A stretch of 62,953 nucleotides of DNA, filler included, from Circinaria calcarea (Eukaryota), in assembly GCA_051942165.1 (NCBI GenBank). It is 23 parts of 23 records of this genome, joined end to end, with 100 filler letters (N's around TTAATTAATTAA, not from the genome) between each part and the next. Parts side by side here need not be neighbours in the genome. Positions count along the whole stretch, not along the records: positions 60,336 to 62,953 come from JAVECS010003378.1; 22 more parts are not named here. The stretch is one strand, 5' to 3'. Below are positions 60,336 through 62,953 of this stretch, one piece after another. Every line of letters begins with the position of its first letter. Position 1 is the first letter of the stretch. Under the pieces are notes generated by a model. The model searched no databases. It saw nothing but the letters and a program-made list of their open reading frames with translations, and was not told where the DNA came from. The position numbers and the translations under genes were made by a program.

Positions 60336-61331
60336 TCCGCTAACGAGAGACGATAGAACGTTCCTCGCTCGTTGCCCTTGTCATTGTATGTAATGTTACT
60401 CAGCACAATTCCTTCCTTGTGATTAAAGCCAACATGAATCTTCCACTTCTGCCATTCCACGATTCTTCCGGTGACATTGAAAGAGACCCCATCCGGCTGT
60501 GTAATGTTGATAGGCTTCAAGTCTGCGCGGTAACCTCCCTCGGCCTCAACCGCGGCTGGGTGATAGTTGCTGGGAGGCGCTTGATTCACCGGTCTTCGGA
60601 CAGAGGGGATGTCAATATGGACAATCTCCTGGGTATCTGCGTTGAATATAGGAGTAAAGTCCAGCGGAAAGGTATATTGGTTGTCGTCAACGTGGGGTCT
60701 GTAATACATCAAGGCTTGCTGCAGCCGAACTTTGTTCCCGAACCTCTCATCGAACCCAATCGTCCAGGCTATGGATTCGTTAGCCGAGTCTCCGCAAAGT
60801 TCCCGTGGCAGAGACGAAGATGCGTACGGTCACAGTAGACCTTGTGCATGTCCTCTTTGGGGATCCCACTGATCAGACATTGTTCAATCACTTTCGGGTC
60901 GACCCTAGCGATTTCCTCCACGACCTGAAGGTCTTCCATGGTGATCTGGAAGATGTCAGTATAGCCTACAATCGTCCCAACGTATCGCCCTCTACCAATG
61001 GCTGTACCCCATCCACCGAATCCCATTGTAGAATTTTCTTCTCCTCCAGATCCACCAGACCGTCATAGACTTTACTGCCCTTTCCAATTGCTACGACATC
61101 TGCTACCCGGTGCGGTCGATTGGTGTGGTCGGGATCGGCCAGCCAGGGCAGCATCTCGGCCTTGCGAGGTTCGAGGAGGGTGACGGCATTGAAGTAAAGG
61201 GATCCGTGTTCTTTCCGAACAATCGATACTGCGGCTTCGATTTCGGCTGCGGTCAGTGGATCAAATGGATGAGGTGGTGGGAGGGTCCCTGTGACATGTT
61301 GAGCGACCTGCTTCAGCCGTTCGAATACCAT
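60336..61331 (-). CDS. Copper amine oxidase (peroxisomal type), N-terminal part with two introns
   Basis: PHPFDPLTAAEI, VQPL/ITMEDL, VYCD/PWTIGFDERFG, DDNQYTFPLDFTPI, KPINITQPDGVSF and WQKWKIHVGFNHKEG. Confidence 0.95.
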
Positions 61332-61926
61332 CTTGGAGATGGTTGATCCTCAAGTGAGTGAATAGTTGGGGAAGAGGTAGAGCACAGCGCAGTCGGGCCA
61401 GTTGATGTGGGTGTCAGTCGGGTCACCGGCCGTGAAGATGGTGGATTGATATGATTCATTGCAATTGACTTGAATACCGACGACTCCACTTCCCCCGCAA
61501 TCAATTTTAGTCCTTCCCCACAGTAGATAAGAAGCATCGTGAACCGGGACAGAACTTCCCAATCCGGTCAAGCCGAAGCGAGGAAAGATGCCCGATTACC
61601 TAAACGCCCTACAGTCTTCAGGGGGAGGATGGAGGATAGAGGATAACACAAAAGACACACAGAATCTCTTTCTCGACTGTGGGGACAGAAGACAGCTTTC
61701 CTTTTCTCGGCCCGGTGAACCGAAGGCTAGCTATCACATCACAAACGCACCATCCCTGATTGCATCCATCCATAATCTCCTACGACCACCTCAGTTAAAT
61801 AACACCCCGCTAAAGTGCAGCACCACGGCGTCGTAAATGCACCAAACCAATATGCCCAAGTCCTCCGTTAAGATCCCCGTATTAATACACTGCGCTCGAC
61901 TGACTTTGCCAAGGAAATGCCGCCCA

Positions 61927-62953
61927 TCATTTCCCAAAGCCGAACCGACCAAAAACTCCCCCGGCCCCCTGAGGCGTCAACGTTCCCATGCCACCGTTGT
62001 TGCCACTCGCCTGGCCCGTCGGATGGACCGCTCCAGTCTGAGTAGTGTTGGGAGTGTCGGGAGTTCCGTTTGTGTATATGGTGGCGCCGTTGAGGTTAGG
62101 TGTAGATTGTCCCTCGATTGGCGGACCGGCCGTAGTCGATGCGAGAGCGCCCATCCCGTTCAACCCCCATACCTGTCCCAAGTACTTTTCATCGTCGATA
62201 GTCCCATTGAAGATGTTCTTCTTGATATCCCAAAATATTTTGCCCGTGAGCAGGCTGTCGGATCCTGCCTGATGCGCCGTCCCTATCCGCTTGATGCCAA
62301 GCTCGTCGGCCAAATCTTGTAGCCCCGACTTTTGCCCGAGGCTATTGAGTATAGCAGAAGCGTTGGCGGTCAACGGCGAGCTATTGGCCTGATTACTCCG
62401 TTGAGCACTTTTCACCATGTACTTGATATCATAGATGGCGGGAAAGAAGATGTTGAGGAGCTTTCGATATTCCACCTCGTCCTCGGGTAGAGGCTTGCAA
62501 AGCATGAGTTTAACGAGATACCCAAAGTCATATCCGGAGTGGAAAGATATCCATCGGACATCTTCCAAAAGCACGAGTCCTGAGCTAATCATCATGGCGC
62601 CAAAAGTCTTGGGATCTATTCCGTTCTCCAGATGCATTTTCATGTCCATACCTGACGTCTGTAGAAAGTCGATCGACTCTTGGTTGTACATGTCATCGGC
62701 CAAGGAGAACCGGAAGTTGAATTGCCAGGTATATGGACAGGGCACCAAGCTGTTTTGATAAGACATGCCAGAAGGCGCATTCCCCTCTGACGGATGAGCC
62801 GGAGGCATCTCACCGTCCTCGGAAAAAAGTGTTATGCCGAGCTGGATCACCTTGAGTAAGTCGACGTTGCATCGCATAGTCTGGTAGTGGTAATCGGCCT
62901 TGGTCGTAAATGCTCCCATTGGTCGCGCAACTATCCCTGGGAACTCGGTATCC
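61927..62953 (-). CDS. CAF1: CCR4-NOT deadenylase subunit Caf1/Pop2 (CNOT7); 5' truncated
   Basis: DTEFPGIVARP, RCNVDLLKVIQLG, TWQFNF, WISFHSGYDFGYL and AHQAGSDSLLT are DEDD nuclease motifs. Confidence 0.96.
   Translation of the reverse strand, partial: DTEFPGIVARPMGAFTTKADYHYQTMRCNVDLLKVIQLGITLFSEDGEMPPAHPSEGNAPSGMSYQNSLVPCPYTWQFNFRFSLADDMYNQESIDFLQTSGMDMKMHLENGIDPKTFGAMMISSGLVLLEDVRWISFHSGYDFGYLVKLMLCKPLPEDEVEYRKLLNIFFPAIYDIKYMVKSAQRSNQANSSPLTANASAILNSLGQKSGLQDLADELGIKRIGTAHQAGSDSLLTGKIFWDIKKNIFNGTIDDEKYLGQVWGLNGMGALASTTAGPPIEGQSTPNLNGATIYTNGTPDTPNTTQTGAVHPTGQASGNNGGMGTLTPQGAGGVFGRFGFGK

Overview
This window is not a continuous locus. It is 23 unrelated contigs of about 2.62-2.66 kb, sorted by decreasing length and joined by an artificial 100-bp spacer (44 N + TTAATTAATTAA + 44 N), so adjacency across spacers carries no meaning. 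The DNA is from a filamentous ascomycete (Pezizomycotina), with short GT-AG introns and CTRAC/CTAAT branch sites. Recognisable, mostly partial genes: GCN2, Nbr1-like autophagy receptor, UPF3, phosphoesterase-family acid phosphatase, DUF3425 transcription factor, SEC62 (complete), GNAT fragment, secreted beta-propeller/WSC-type protein, SCS3/FIT, NACHT-ankyrin NLR C-terminus, SRPK-like kinase, VPS72/SWC2, MAK10, CYP65-like P450, ZNFX1-like helicase, SRP102, AKR1, dynamin-family GTPase, KRS1, copper amine oxidase and CAF1/POP2. The most notable content is mobile DNA. One contig (49427-52060) is exactly a complete Mutator/Hop-like transposon with perfect 79-bp TIRs and an intact 665-aa transposase. 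There are also several small non-autonomous inverted-repeat elements: a TA-flanked family with 823-bp and 204-bp copies, a 266-bp element with a 9-bp TSD, a two-copy hairpin family, and a hairpin inside a P450 intron. I found no rRNA, tRNA or CRISPR array and no multi-gene novel system. All family assignments come from motif recognition by eye, not database searches.
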